DNA from: a virus
Taxonomy: Duplodnaviria; Heunggongvirae; Uroviricota; Caudoviricetes
Length of the DNA: 64,000 bases
IMG/VR virus record: IMGVR_UViG_3300042868_003731
Location: 89,967 to 153,966 of that record
Reading direction: 5' to 3' (one strand)
Below, in pieces: positions 26,998 through 38,197 of this stretch. Both the position numbers and the translations under genes were made by a program. Below the pieces are notes generated by a model. It was not told where the DNA came from. It saw only the letters and a program-made list of their open reading frames with translations, and made no database searches. The stretch's first letter is position 1. The number at the start of each line of letters is the position of its first letter.

Positions 26998-28650
26998 ATG
27001 TCTGTCATCACAAGTAAATATAGATCTGATACTGCACGACGCTTCGTTGATGATGTAACATTCAACGATTACTATATGTTTGTGTCAAGCACAGCAAACA
27101 CAACCGTGATTAATTCAGAAAAATCAAAAACGGAATTTCTTGAAAAAACTATCTTTGGAAAGAAGATAGGTGCACAAGAAGTTTTCTATATGATTAAGAA
27201 TTATCCTTGGGAAATAGATGCAGTATACGACCAGTACGACGATAATTTAGATATGTCAAACAAGAAGTTCTACACAGTTGTCTATCCAGTGAATAACGAG
27301 GTTGGTGACTATAGAGTCTATAAGTGTCTATTCAATAACGGCGGAGCAAAATCTTTAACACCGCCTAATTACAGTGTATCTCAACAGGATCAGATTTATG
27401 CTTTGGCAGATGGGTATGTTTGGAAGTATCTGTTTAATATTAGTGAGTTAGAATTTGATGATTACAATACTCGCGGATACATACCTATTATGTCGACTGA
27501 GAGTGGTAACACGGCAGTTCAAACAAGTTCTATAAGTCAGATTGTCATAACAAATTCAACAAATAGAGGATATGAAAAGTCTGAAGGATTTGTTTTTCAA
27601 ACAGCAACTGGAACTGGCGAGATAGTTATAACGGCAAGTAGTGGAACTCTTAATGCGATTGAAAACTATTACTCAGGATATACATTCTACGTAACAAGCG
27701 TATTTGGTAATGACTCGAGGTCTTACGTAGTAGATACTTATACTTACGATCCTGCTTCAAAAAGAGCAGTCATTACGTTAACCGAAGCACCGGATTATAC
27801 CGTTCTTACTGACTCCGCTTCTTACAAACTATTACCTCGCATTGAAATAAAGGGCGATGGAACTGGAGCAGTTGGGCTAGCCGATGTGTCGGCAAATGGT
27901 TCTATAATAGGTGTCACAATGCTGTCCAAAGGTTCTGGTTATAAGAATGCAACCGCGTTTGTTCCAGACCCGTTTTCTTTCGACCCAAATTCGCTAAACT
28001 CTCTTAATGAAAGAGCTATACTAAGACCAATTCTTTCTTCGGCTGGTGATCATGCTTCGAACTTAATCGATGAACTTATGTGCAGGCACATTCTTGCGTA
28101 CACGACTCTTACGGAGACAGACAACTTTACAGTTCCAGCTACAAACGACTTCACGAGCATTGGTATTGTTAAGAACCCTGAGTTTAAAAATGCAGGAAAC
28201 AATGACATATTTGATAACCGTATAGAACTAGCTCTTGACAGTCACTCTCTTTCTGTAAATGAAATAGTTACACAGATAGAAACGGATGTTAATAGTTCAT
28301 TCTATAACGAGGTAATATTTAGCGGTAAAGTTCATCAAGTTTCAAATAACTTTGTGTATATATGTGAGTACATGGGGCCGTATCCAAATTCCTCTTCATT
28401 TGCAAACACTGATTTTAGCGACATCTCGCTTAACATAAATCTGCCGATAAGATCTGCAGACAATCAAATACTTAATATAAATACAGATAACGATCCAGAG
28501 TATCCACTAGAATATGACATAGATTACCCAGGGTTTTCAATATCACCATATGTTCAGAGAACTGGAGAAGTTTACTATATGAATAGCTTCTTTCCAATTA
28601 CGAGAACTGAAGAGTCAAGGGAACGATTTAAGATACTTCTTGAATTTTAA
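26998..28650 (+). CDS. 8: Baseplate wedge gp8
   Basis: W.....YD.YDD, FY.V....YRVYKCL.NN.G..S..P and DGYVWKYL. Confidence 0.88.
   Translation: MSVITSKYRSDTARRFVDDVTFNDYYMFVSSTANTTVINSEKSKTEFLEKTIFGKKIGAQEVFYMIKNYPWEIDAVYDQYDDNLDMSNKKFYTVVYPVNNEVGDYRVYKCLFNNGGAKSLTPPNYSVSQQDQIYALADGYVWKYLFNISELEFDDYNTRGYIPIMSTESGNTAVQTSSISQIVITNSTNRGYEKSEGFVFQTATGTGEIVITASSGTLNAIENYYSGYTFYVTSVFGNDSRSYVVDTYTYDPASKRAVITLTEAPDYTVLTDSASYKLLPRIEIKGDGTGAVGLADVSANGSIIGVTMLSKGSGYKNATAFVPDPFSFDPNSLNSLNERAILRPILSSAGDHASNLIDELMCRHILAYTTLTETDNFTVPATNDFTSIGIVKNPEFKNAGNNDIFDNRIELALDSHSLSVNEIVTQIETDVNSSFYNEVIFSGKVHQVSNNFVYICEYMGPYPNSSSFANTDFSDISLNINLPIRSADNQILNINTDNDPEYPLEYDIDYPGFSISPYVQRTGEVYYMNSFFPITRTEESRERFKILLEF
28476..28483 (+). 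promoter_or_regulatory. Possible internal late promoter for the 1759-aa gene
   Basis: Exact TATAAATA inside gp8, about 180 nt before ATG 28661. Confidence 0.4.
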
Positions 28651-28660
28651 GGAAAAATAA

Positions 28661-31600
28661 ATGCCAATTAATAAAGACCTGAATGTTGCGCCGTACTTTG
28701 ATGATTTTGATATAACGAATCAGTTCCATCGCGTGCTTTTTAAACCGTCTTACGCGGTTCAAGCTAGAGAATTGACTCAGATGCAAACGATTCTTCAGAA
28801 TCAGATCGAGCAGTTTGGTGATAATATATTTAAAGAAGGATCTATCATAAAGGGATGCAACTTTACAGAGTTATCAGACTTAAACTACGTTAAGCTTACG
28901 GATGTTACTGGATTTGACCCAACTCAATATGTTGGATTTACAGATACGGTCACTATAAGCGGTGTTGATTACGTAAGAGATAACACATACGAACTCGAAG
29001 GAGTTGTGACAGGAGTCCGAGCGACCGTCTTAGCTGCGACGCGTGGTTTTGAAACAAGAAACCCAGATCTTAACACGTTCTTTATTAACTACAAAACAAC
29101 ATCTTCTGGAAATAAAGTCTTTCAGGCTGGCGAAAGACTTAGAATATACAAAGTAAGTGTGTACGAACAAGGAACGAGCATCAATAGAGACGAAACAGAA
29201 GTTCTGACTGATAAGACTATCAACGTTACTACGTTCGCTGGGGCAGTTGGCAACTCTTTCGGACTTAAATCTGCGCCAGGTATCATATTCCAAAAGGGTC
29301 ACTTCCTATACGCTGAAGAGCAGCTTGTAATTGTTTCAAAGTATACGAATGTACCGAACAGTGTGTCGATAGGTTACACAGTTCAGGAAAGAGTAATTAA
29401 TGCGTTCCAAGACTCGTCTCTATATGACAATGCAAACGGATCTTTTAACCAAAATGCTCCTGGCGCAGATAGACTAAAACTTATTCCAATACTTACAGCT
29501 CTTCCAACTTCTGAAGCTGATGCTGACACTACATTCTTTACTCTTACACGCTATGTAAACGGTAATGCAGTTCTTCTTAGAGACGTATCACAGTATAACA
29601 TTTTAGGCGAAGAGATGGCTCGTCGCACGTATGAAGAATCTGGTGACTACATTGTCAATGACTTTCAAACTACAGTCGTAAGAAGAGATGGTAATCTAAA
29701 AGCTTCTATCGGAAGTGGAGTCGCGTATGTTAAGGGTCATAGAGTAGAAAATCTTAGAGAGATTTTCCTCGATATAGATGACATATCGGAAGCTTCGGTT
29801 GATGATAGAGCAAATCAGGGCGTATCTTTTAACTATGGCGGGTACCTTGACATACTCGATACTAGCGTAGGAGGCGTAGTCCCATTAGGAACATTTGCAA
29901 CCGTTTCTCTCAGAGACGGTGGAAACTCTGTCCTAGGAACTGCGAGAGTTCGTAACATCACTGATACCAAAATCTTCCTGTTTGATGTTAGATTGTCGGG
30001 TGCTAATCAGATATCGCAAGTGGAAAGAGTTGTTGGAACTTCCGGGTACATACCAGTTGCAAACAATTCTGTTATAAAAGAAACAAGTTCTTCATCAATG
30101 GTATTTGACACGGGAATGCTGAGTCTTAAATCTACTAGCAACCTGTCAATTCCAGTAAGAGCAAGAAAAACTATTACTGGAACTGCTACTACTTTTAACA
30201 TCACGCCTGACGCTGGCGAAGATTTTAATCTAGAGAATGATGATATACTCTTTGTAGATAACACAAGTACTAGAAGAGATGTGACTAGTGCTGTTCTATC
30301 TGGTGCTGACCTCCAAGTCACCCTTGGTTCTACACCATCGACTCCTTCTACGATCTATTACAATAAGAGAATTACTAGTGCAAGCCCGTTTACGAAAGTT
30401 AGCGCTGAACTATATGTTAAGTGCACCTTCGCAAATAACGACATCGTATCATCCACAACTAGATATAATCTAGGTTTTCCAGATGTGTATGAGATCGTCT
30501 CTATTACAGACTCAGAAAGCAAAACTGTTACTTCTAGCTTTAAGCTTAAAACCAACCAAAGAGATAACTTCTACGATCATTCTTATATAGAATATATTCC
30601 TGGAAGACCAGTACCCGCGGCCGGTTTAATGACAGTTCGTTTTAAAGCATTTAAACTAAACGACACAACAGGAAGCTACTTCTTTACTGTAGATAGTTAC
30701 CCTGGTGCTGTCGCCAAGAATAAGATACAGCCGTTCGTTTCATCTTCAGGAAAGGTCTATAATCTCAGAGACTGTCTTGACTTTAGACCATACGTACAAC
30801 CGCTATCGCCGGCCACATATATAAATGCGGCTGTTCTTGGTACAGCGCCAACTGTAAGCAATGGATCAACAGGTGTTAACGTTGCGCCGAGCTTCTCCGG
30901 TTCATATACGATACTTACACCATCTCACGATCAGTTTGGAGAGATAGACTACGAGTTCTACCTAAACAGAACCGATGCGGTAATTCTTGACTCTTATGGC
31001 AGAATATCATTGTTAAGAGGAACGGAAGTAGAGAATTCTATTCCGCCAATCATATCTGGCGATCAGGTTAAGATCGCGGAAATATTCGTACCAGGAGCGC
31101 CAGCACTTACACCAGAAGAAGCTGACGAACAGGATAGACCTCAGTATGCTGTGCAGATCGTTCCTAAAGGTACAAAATCTTATCGTATGAAAGATATCGA
31201 AAACTTAGAAAAGAAGATCGACAGCTTAGAGTATTATGTTCTGCTGAACACCCTAGAAGCCGATACAAAAAATCTAAACATTGTTGATGAAAACGGTCTA
31301 GATCGTTTTAAGAACGGCATCATAGTTGATCCCTTTAACGATCTTAGTATAGCCAACCTAGAGAATGTGGAATTTAATGCTGCGCTGGACTTTACAGAAC
31401 AATCGCTTATGCCATCTGTAAAAACATTCCCGTTAAACCTTAAGTATAAGTCTGCATCTTCTGCGACGCTGTTCCCAACCACGTCAAATGCAAAGGTCGG
31501 AACACTTCAGAGAAACACCGACGTATCCATCATATCGCAACCCTACGCCACAGAATTTAGAAACTGCGTAAGTAACTTCTATTCATATCGTGGCATTGGC

Positions 31601-33940
31601 GAAATAGAACCGGAATACGACGCAGTCTATGATACTGTCACTAACCCAGTTAATATAGGTTTGAATAGAAGACGCTTAACTGTGTCGACTGCCGCTACAC
31701 AAGAGCTTAATCCGTTAACGTCAACCGCTATTCAAGCCAACACAAATAACACGAACCAACGCCGCGTTGGCGATTTTGTTACGAACTTTACATTTAATCC
31801 ATTCATGAGAGGCCGTGACATTAATATATACATGTCTGGTCTTCGCCCTAACACTCGCCACTATTTCTTCTTTGATGAAGAAGATGTGAACCAATTTGTG
31901 TTCCCAGGAAGCAATGTTAACTCCCCGAGTGAAATAAGAAGACGCGGTGTTGCTAACGCGGCGGTCGAAACAGATGCGAACGGCGTCTTGAGGGCGGTGT
32001 TTAGTCTACCATCATCAAGGTTCTATGTTGGAGACAGAAAACTAGAAGTAGTTGACGTTGACACGCACGCTGCGATTGATAGCGCCAGCACATCGTATGG
32101 TTTTGTAACCTATAGAGCATATAACTTCTCTGTAGAAAAAGCATCTTTAACAGTCTCAACTCGCCGTGCAGCTTCTACTGCAACAACAACCACGGATAGA
32201 AATGTTACAAGAAGACCAACTGAAGGTGATCGCGGGCGAGACCCGTCGCCAGATCCAATTGCTCAGACCTTCTTCATAAAATCTGGCATGGGTCTTGGAT
32301 CTGACACTGTATTTGTCTCTAAAATAGATCTGTTCTTCAAGAGAAGAAGTAATATAAACGGCGTAAATGTTGAATTAAGAGAAGTTATAAATGGTTATCC
32401 TTCATATGACGTGATACCGTTCTCTAAAGTACACCTAACTCCATCAGAAGTACTTACTTCAGATGATGCTTCTGTCGAAACAACGGTAACTTTTAATGCC
32501 CCAGTTCGTCTTGATGTTGAAAAAGAATATGCAGTAGTCGTAATACCAGATGCAGCCGATCCTGACTATCTAATCTTTACATCAAAGGTTGGTGGAGTTG
32601 ATCTAACACCAGGCGCGAATCAAGGACTTCCAATCGTCCAAGACTGGGGTGATGGTGTTCTATTCACATCTACAAACAATCGCGCGTGGAAGTCATATCA
32701 AGACGAGGACATTAAGTTTGTACTGTATCGCCATAACTTCAATGCAAGTGCTGGCACTATCACACTTACAAATGATGACCACGAGTTTATCTCAACAGAG
32801 AACAACATCGGAACATTTAAAGTTGGAGAGACCGTATACAAGCTTGAGTCTAAAGACGGGACTACTGGAGCTAACTTAAGCACCGTTTCCGGAAATAATC
32901 AGATCAGCGGAACGAATCTTTCAGCCACATATTCTGCCGGCGACTTTGTTCTGATAAGCAACGGTACTACAAACAGACAGATCTTTAAAGTTGTTAGCGC
33001 AAACTCTACAGTGATAGTTGCGGATAGACCATCATATTTCACGGATAGTACAAGTGGTTTACCGATTACAATGGGTATACTTCGTCACTATGACTTTAGA
33101 TATCCGGATTTTATCATTCTCGAAGAATCTTCTGCAACTTCTACACGAAAGTTTGCTGCCGGTAACACAGTGTACGGATTTGATAGCGCTGCAGCTGCGA
33201 CGATAACCACGGTTGATAACGTTGAGTTCAGCTACATTCAGCCAATGATTCATAGAACGAACGATAGCGTAACCGCAACGACTCTATCTGGAACACTCGT
33301 CGATCCAGCCAACCCGTCAAACACATATAGCTTGCCGATGCAATTCAATGACAAGGCGTTGTTTAGTAAGACCGGCATGGTTGTGTATAGTAAGTCTAAT
33401 GACATCGCAAGAGAAAAGACTCTAGACCTTACGGTGTCTATGTCTAACAACTCGAATGTCACTTCGTCTCCTTTCATTGACATCGAGACTGCGTCCATTC
33501 TTGCTTATCAGTGGAAGATCACCAACGATTCGACAACTACTTCTAAGTACATATCTAAAACCGTAGAATTGGCTGAAAACCTAGATGCAGAAGATTTCCG
33601 TATCTATGTAACAGGATACAGACCACGTGGTACAGATATCGCAGTATACATCAAAGTGCAATCAGCAGATGACCCAACTGTGTTCGAAACGAACGATTGG
33701 ATAGAGTTAGAACTTACTGGTGGAGTTAATCTATATTCATCTGTAAGCAATGTTAATGACTTTAAAGAGTATGTGTATCAAGTATCTAACACCAATAAAA
33801 ACTTAGGTGTGATTACATATACGAATGGTATTGGAACCTTTGAAGGTTATCGCAGATTTGCAATAAAGATAGAGTTACTCTCCGAAGATATCTTTAAAGC
33901 GCCAAGACTTCTAGACTACAGAGGAATATCACTAACATGA
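28661..33940 (+). CDS. Large baseplate/virion structural protein (DUF4815, VrlC-like)
   Basis: LNVAPYFDDF....FHRVLFKP..VQARELTQMQTILQNQIEQFG..IFK.GS, APGADRLK, DRFKNG..VDPF and DPIAQTF. Confidence 0.85.
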   Translation: MPINKDLNVAPYFDDFDITNQFHRVLFKPSYAVQARELTQMQTILQNQIEQFGDNIFKEGSIIKGCNFTELSDLNYVKLTDVTGFDPTQYVGFTDTVTISGVDYVRDNTYELEGVVTGVRATVLAATRGFETRNPDLNTFFINYKTTSSGNKVFQAGERLRIYKVSVYEQGTSINRDETEVLTDKTINVTTFAGAVGNSFGLKSAPGIIFQKGHFLYAEEQLVIVSKYTNVPNSVSIGYTVQERVINAFQDSSLYDNANGSFNQNAPGADRLKLIPILTALPTSEADADTTFFTLTRYVNGNAVLLRDVSQYNILGEEMARRTYEESGDYIVNDFQTTVVRRDGNLKASIGSGVAYVKGHRVENLREIFLDIDDISEASVDDRANQGVSFNYGGYLDILDTSVGGVVPLGTFATVSLRDGGNSVLGTARVRNITDTKIFLFDVRLSGANQISQVERVVGTSGYIPVANNSVIKETSSSSMVFDTGMLSLKSTSNLSIPVRARKTITGTATTFNITPDAGEDFNLENDDILFVDNTSTRRDVTSAVLSGADLQVTLGSTPSTPSTIYYNKRITSASPFTKVSAELYVKCTFANNDIVSSTTRYNLGFPDVYEIVSITDSESKTVTSSFKLKTNQRDNFYDHSYIEYIPGRPVPAAGLMTVRFKAFKLNDTTGSYFFTVDSYPGAVAKNKIQPFVSSSGKVYNLRDCLDFRPYVQPLSPATYINAAVLGTAPTVSNGSTGVNVAPSFSGSYTILTPSHDQFGEIDYEFYLNRTDAVILDSYGRISLLRGTEVENSIPPIISGDQVKIAEIFVPGAPALTPEEADEQDRPQYAVQIVPKGTKSYRMKDIENLEKKIDSLEYYVLLNTLEADTKNLNIVDENGLDRFKNGIIVDPFNDLSIANLENVEFNAALDFTEQSLMPSVKTFPLNLKYKSASSATLFPTTSNAKVGTLQRNTDVSIISQPYATEFRNCVSNFYSYRGIGEIEPEYDAVYDTVTNPVNIGLNRRRLTVSTAATQELNPLTSTAIQANTNNTNQRRVGDFVTNFTFNPFMRGRDINIYMSGLRPNTRHYFFFDEEDVNQFVFPGSNVNSPSEIRRRGVANAAVETDANGVLRAVFSLPSSRFYVGDRKLEVVDVDTHAAIDSASTSYGFVTYRAYNFSVEKASLTVSTRRAASTATTTTDRNVTRRPTEGDRGRDPSPDPIAQTFFIKSGMGLGSDTVFVSKIDLFFKRRSNINGVNVELREVINGYPSYDVIPFSKVHLTPSEVLTSDDASVETTVTFNAPVRLDVEKEYAVVVIPDAADPDYLIFTSKVGGVDLTPGANQGLPIVQDWGDGVLFTSTNNRAWKSYQDEDIKFVLYRHNFNASAGTITLTNDDHEFISTENNIGTFKVGETVYKLESKDGTTGANLSTVSGNNQISGTNLSATYSAGDFVLISNGTTNRQIFKVVSANSTVIVADRPSYFTDSTSGLPITMGILRHYDFRYPDFIILEESSATSTRKFAAGNTVYGFDSAAAATITTVDNVEFSYIQPMIHRTNDSVTATTLSGTLVDPANPSNTYSLPMQFNDKALFSKTGMVVYSKSNDIAREKTLDLTVSMSNNSNVTSSPFIDIETASILAYQWKITNDSTTTSKYISKTVELAENLDAEDFRIYVTGYRPRGTDIAVYIKVQSADDPTVFETNDWIELELTGGVNLYSSVSNVNDFKEYVYQVSNTNKNLGVITYTNGIGTFEGYRRFAIKIELLSEDIFKAPRLLDYRGISLT

Positions 33941-34113
33941 TAAGAGACGAAAGATCGAGAGCACTTATCAACGATGACCTGGCTGCTCTAAATAAATACA
34001 AAGTAGACAGGGATCGAGTGAGAAAGATAGAACAAATCTATAAAGAGTTACCAGAGATAAGAAGAGTTCTTTCTTCCTTATGTGAAAGATTAGACAAGAT
34101 AGAGAGCACATAA
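33937..34113 (+). CDS. Small coiled-coil virion-associated protein (58 aa, absent from the ORF track)
   Basis: Hand translation MIRDERSRALINDDLAALNKYKVDRDRVRKIEQIYKELPEIRRVLSSLCERLDKIEST; ATGA overlap; fills the gap exactly. Confidence 0.7.
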   Translation: MIRDERSRALINDDLAALNKYKVDRDRVRKIEQIYKELPEIRRVLSSLCERLDKIEST

Positions 34114-34115
34114 AC

Positions 34116-35138
34116 ATGGCAAAAACCGGTATAAGTCAGGTCACTACTTCGGACACGTTTCAACAATGGTTGGATAGGACCAACGACTTAGTAGATATAG
34201 TGAGTTCCGATGCTATGACGGCCTCAGCATTAGGCGATACCACAACTGGTAATTCGACTCTGATTGGATCGTTCACTGCAAATACTGTGATTGCATTTAA
34301 TACTTTGCGCGCTAATACCTTATCTCCTAAAGTAGGATCGTCAGCAATAGAAGTTACGTCACCTGTAACAATTAATACACCAACACAAACGATTCAAACT
34401 CTTATAAGCACGAACGCACCTAGAGTGAATTATTCAAATGCTTCCGTGATATGGCAAGTTGGCTTTGAGTCAAACGCAAACACCAGTTTTATAGTTGACA
34501 CTGGATCGGGAACTAGAAAACTTTCTGTATCTCCATCTGGCGATCTTACTATTGCAGGAAATATGAATGTTGGAAACAATCTTGTTGTTGATAATAACCT
34601 TACTGTAACTGGAACGATAACTGGAAATATTTCTGGTGCAGTGACTGGAAATATAACTGGAAACGCAGCCACAGTCACAAACGGTGTATACACGATTGGC
34701 AACCAATCAATTGCTGGCATTAAGACATTTACTAATAACACACCGAGTACTAGTAGGACGACTGGTTCTGTCGTCATCACGGGCGGTCTAGGTGTAAGCG
34801 GAGCTATTAACGCAGGTGGCGAGATCACGGCTTTTGCTACTTCTGATAGAGAATTGAAAACAAATGTAGAAAATATTACAGACGCTCTATCAAAGATTGA
34901 AAAACTGAATGGTGTTACTTTTAATTGGAATGACTTAGCTAAAGAAGTTGAGAGTAAAGATACTAGTGTTAAAGAAGTTGGTGTCATCGCTCAAGAAGTA
35001 AACCAAGTATTACCGGAAGTCGTAACAACTCGAGAAAACGGATACATGGCTGTTCGTTATGAAAAATTAGTACCGCTATTAATCGAAGCGATTAAAGAAC
35101 TTCACGAAGAAATAAAAACTTTGAAGAATGGTAGTTAA
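34116..35138 (+). CDS. Tail fibre protein with C-terminal S74 intramolecular chaperone
   Basis: N-terminal TSDTFQQWLDRTN (gp9/fibritin-like anchor). C-terminal SDRELKTNV..I..AL.KI..LNGV.F.W..GVIAQEV..VLPE.V..V.Y.KL.PLLIEAIKEL. Confidence 0.85.
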   Translation: MAKTGISQVTTSDTFQQWLDRTNDLVDIVSSDAMTASALGDTTTGNSTLIGSFTANTVIAFNTLRANTLSPKVGSSAIEVTSPVTINTPTQTIQTLISTNAPRVNYSNASVIWQVGFESNANTSFIVDTGSGTRKLSVSPSGDLTIAGNMNVGNNLVVDNNLTVTGTITGNISGAVTGNITGNAATVTNGVYTIGNQSIAGIKTFTNNTPSTSRTTGSVVITGGLGVSGAINAGGEITAFATSDRELKTNVENITDALSKIEKLNGVTFNWNDLAKEVESKDTSVKEVGVIAQEVNQVLPEVVTTRENGYMAVRYEKLVPLLIEAIKELHEEIKTLKNGS

Positions 35139-35178
35139 AACTCTTTGTTCTCTAAATATCATGTTGGTATTTCTTCGA

Positions 35179-35186
35179 TATAAATA
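35179..35186 (+). promoter_or_regulatory. Late promoter of fibre cassette 1
   Basis: Exact intergenic TATAAATA, 25 nt before ATG 35211. Confidence 0.8.
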
Positions 35187-35210
35187 AAAGAAAAAGGGAT
35201 CTCGACAACC

Positions 35211-37775
35211 ATGTCTAAAATATCCGAACTTGGTAAAATTACCGGCGGTAATACAAAATCCAGAGACTTGTTTGTAACTGTCAGCCTCGATCAGGGCGAC
35301 GACGGCACGAAGAATATTACTCGTGCCGAACTAGTAAAAGCTATTCAGCAAGAAGTTTTTACTAATATAAAGATTAATGGCGGCGATTATATTCAAAACA
35401 TCCCGCTTACAAACGTAACGATTACGGGCTCGGTCATCAACACTTCTACGATGAACAACTCGACTATCAATACGTCGGTGTTGAATAACTCGGATATTAA
35501 TAACTCTGACATAGACGAATCCGATATCACGAACTCTACGATGGAATCATCCGTCATTAACATTTCAACTATGAATGCGTCGTTTATTAACGCATCGATA
35601 CTAACAGACGTTATCATAGACGATTCAACTATAAACGACGCAATTATAAATGATTCCACTATAAACGACGGGATCATAAATGACTCAACAATAAACGACC
35701 CGAACATTAACGTTGATGAAGCATTTGCTCCTGACATATCAAATACGGATTACTTCTATCTTAAGGACGTTTCTTTAGGCAGAACTGTCGCGATCTCTTA
35801 CGAGGATCTATACAAAGAGATATCTAAAACCGCAAAGAAAGCAAACAAAGTATACGTCGGTGTTGATGGAGATGATACGAACCCAGGAAGTTATCTAAAG
35901 CCAGTTGCAACTCTCGCGCGGGCATTCGAACTTGCACAAGAAGCTGCGGCCGGTGGTATACCTTCTGGTTATCCTGGAGATAACAGCCCAGGCATCCCAA
36001 CGGCGATTACCGTTTTTCCTGGCGACTATTACACAAACGGAAACCTTTCTCTTCCGGATCGTTGCACGATGGTGTCGACAAACGGACAGTATGCAACTCG
36101 TATCATTCAGAACCCTGGATACGAAAGAGAAAACGTCATACTCATAGGATCTGGCTGCTATGTTCAAGGTTTTTCTTTCTTTAATAATATTGTTGATAAC
36201 TTTGACTATCCGTCTAAAGGGTTCGCTTTTTCGTTCCGCCCTGGTGCTAAAATCATTCGTTCGCCATATTTAAGAGACTGCAGTCAGATAGCGAACTACT
36301 TTGGAAGAGAGATCCCTCCTCTATTAAATCCATTCAACAGCCGTGGTACAATTGAGGATCTAGGATACGAGGTAGAAGTTACCGGAGTTACCGGAACTTG
36401 GGAAGTTGACGACCTAGTTACGGCTAACAACGGCGTAACAGGATATGTGTCAAGAGTCACCGAGATTGGATCTGGAACGATATACATCAGAAACAATAGC
36501 GATGATCTTGAAGTTGGGTCACTCATTACATCTTCATCCGGCGGAACGGCTATCATTGATGCAGTTCTAGAAGAAGACTATCCTAACAAAGAAGTAGGAA
36601 GAGGTGGGGGGACTGTACTCGCAGACCGAGCATTAGTCGACCAAGACTCAATCTTCCCATACATACTTTGCTTTGGTGTTACACCTAGAACTCAGAATGG
36701 TTTGGGTTATGTTGCGAAGAATGGCGCAGGTATTAATGGCATCAGCTCTCTTTCCATCTTCTCGCGCTGTGCGTTCTATTCTCTAAACGGCGGTCAGATT
36801 ACTCTAAACAACTCTGGTACTCAGTTCGGCGACATATCTATGCGCGCGAAGGGATCTACTCCGGTCCAAAACCCTAGATTAACGACCGCTACTCTTGTAG
36901 AGAACGACGGTCTTGCAGATGAAATACTCGCAGGCGCAAACACAATCATAGACGACATGTGGGACTATCTAACGATCACTGAAGGGTATTCTGCAAACAC
37001 TGTAAACGAAGAACTTACTCGTAGAGATGCTCTAAACTTTATACGTTCTATCACAAACGATTTTCGTGAAGGTACACAAACAGGAACTCGTATATTTACA
37101 GCTGGCCTCTTTAATTATGAAGGAAGACATGTATTCTCGGTGTTTAATCCAAACACCGATGGCTTAAGATACATAGGAAGCGTAGCTACTGTTGGAGCTC
37201 TACCTAGTGGAGTTACGGTAGAAGTAAATGATGCGTATGTTGTATATACCAGTGTATCAAATATCTATGACGGAGACGTCTACTACTGGGATGGATCTGC
37301 GTGGACTAACGACGGGCCAAATGATATAACTCTTCTTAACGCCTTTACAGATTCGTTTACTCATATGGGTGACTATATTAAGATAAACTTTACACTAACC
37401 GCCACAGAAGAAAATATGGTTGACGGTCTTGTAGATGACGTCCTCATAGCAAGCTTAAGAAATCCTCGCATTCTTCGTTTCGGTAGCCTCGTAGAGAGTC
37501 TCTCACACCAGTTTAACCTCGCAAGTGCAGGCGTTAACGTTAACGCGCTTCCACTTAACTTCAGAAGACTTGGCCAGCCTATATCAGCCGCTGCATCTGT
37601 TCTTCAAGAAGATGGTGGAAGAGTACGTTGGTCTGGAGCCGACGAACTAAATAACCAGTACTTCGCTAGAGGTCTTAAAATTAACGGTCGTACCGGAAGA
37701 ATTGAAGGAAGGCCATTCACATCATCTGTTAGAAAACTAGCTCGTAGAGCTTCGCAAAGTAGGGCATCAATATGA
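35211..37775 (+). CDS. Beta-helix virion protein A1 (paralogue of 55145-56764)
   Basis: YV.VDGDD.NPG...PVATL.RA (pectin-lyase-like start), INDS pentapeptide run, and extended colinear similarity to the 539-aa ORF. Confidence 0.7.
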   Translation: MSKISELGKITGGNTKSRDLFVTVSLDQGDDGTKNITRAELVKAIQQEVFTNIKINGGDYIQNIPLTNVTITGSVINTSTMNNSTINTSVLNNSDINNSDIDESDITNSTMESSVINISTMNASFINASILTDVIIDDSTINDAIINDSTINDGIINDSTINDPNINVDEAFAPDISNTDYFYLKDVSLGRTVAISYEDLYKEISKTAKKANKVYVGVDGDDTNPGSYLKPVATLARAFELAQEAAAGGIPSGYPGDNSPGIPTAITVFPGDYYTNGNLSLPDRCTMVSTNGQYATRIIQNPGYERENVILIGSGCYVQGFSFFNNIVDNFDYPSKGFAFSFRPGAKIIRSPYLRDCSQIANYFGREIPPLLNPFNSRGTIEDLGYEVEVTGVTGTWEVDDLVTANNGVTGYVSRVTEIGSGTIYIRNNSDDLEVGSLITSSSGGTAIIDAVLEEDYPNKEVGRGGGTVLADRALVDQDSIFPYILCFGVTPRTQNGLGYVAKNGAGINGISSLSIFSRCAFYSLNGGQITLNNSGTQFGDISMRAKGSTPVQNPRLTTATLVENDGLADEILAGANTIIDDMWDYLTITEGYSANTVNEELTRRDALNFIRSITNDFREGTQTGTRIFTAGLFNYEGRHVFSVFNPNTDGLRYIGSVATVGALPSGVTVEVNDAYVVYTSVSNIYDGDVYYWDGSAWTNDGPNDITLLNAFTDSFTHMGDYIKINFTLTATEENMVDGLVDDVLIASLRNPRILRFGSLVESLSHQFNLASAGVNVNALPLNFRRLGQPISAAASVLQEDGGRVRWSGADELNNQYFARGLKINGRTGRIEGRPFTSSVRKLARRASQSRASI

Positions 37776-38197
37776 CATATAGCATAGTTACAACAAGCCA
37801 AGCGCCTGACGCAAAGCCAATTGGTCTAAGCGTAACCTTAACTGACGACTGGGAGACTATTATTGAAGTTCCTAGTTTTGAAGTACCCGAATTAGTATTC
37901 GGCGGCGACACCGTCGTCGTTCCCGGGGTGGCAGAAATTATCAGTCCAATGATTATCACTAATATTGATGTTCAGACTGTAGATGTAAGCGTAAGAATAT
38001 ACAGAGCAAGTTCTAACACGTCATTCATAATAGCTAACGAACTACCAGTTCCTGCGTTTGATGTTCTTCCACTTCCATTAAACGGTCAGTTCATATACAC
38101 TGGAGACACGGTTGATGTAAAAGCATCTATAAATGGGTCAGTAAATGTAACAATATCCTACACAATAGGACAAGCGGAGCAGGATGATGTCGCTTAA
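37772..38197 (+). CDS. Small beta-rich adaptor-like protein B1 (paralogue of 56767-57234)
   Basis: P..KP.......WETIIEVPSFEVPE compared with P..GKP......FEVIAEAPDFSVPD; both have P...F.PL/IP..G. Confidence 0.6.
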   Translation: MTYSIVTTSQAPDAKPIGLSVTLTDDWETIIEVPSFEVPELVFGGDTVVVPGVAEIISPMIITNIDVQTVDVSVRIYRASSNTSFIIANELPVPAFDVLPLPLNGQFIYTGDTVDVKASINGSVNVTISYTIGQAEQDDVA

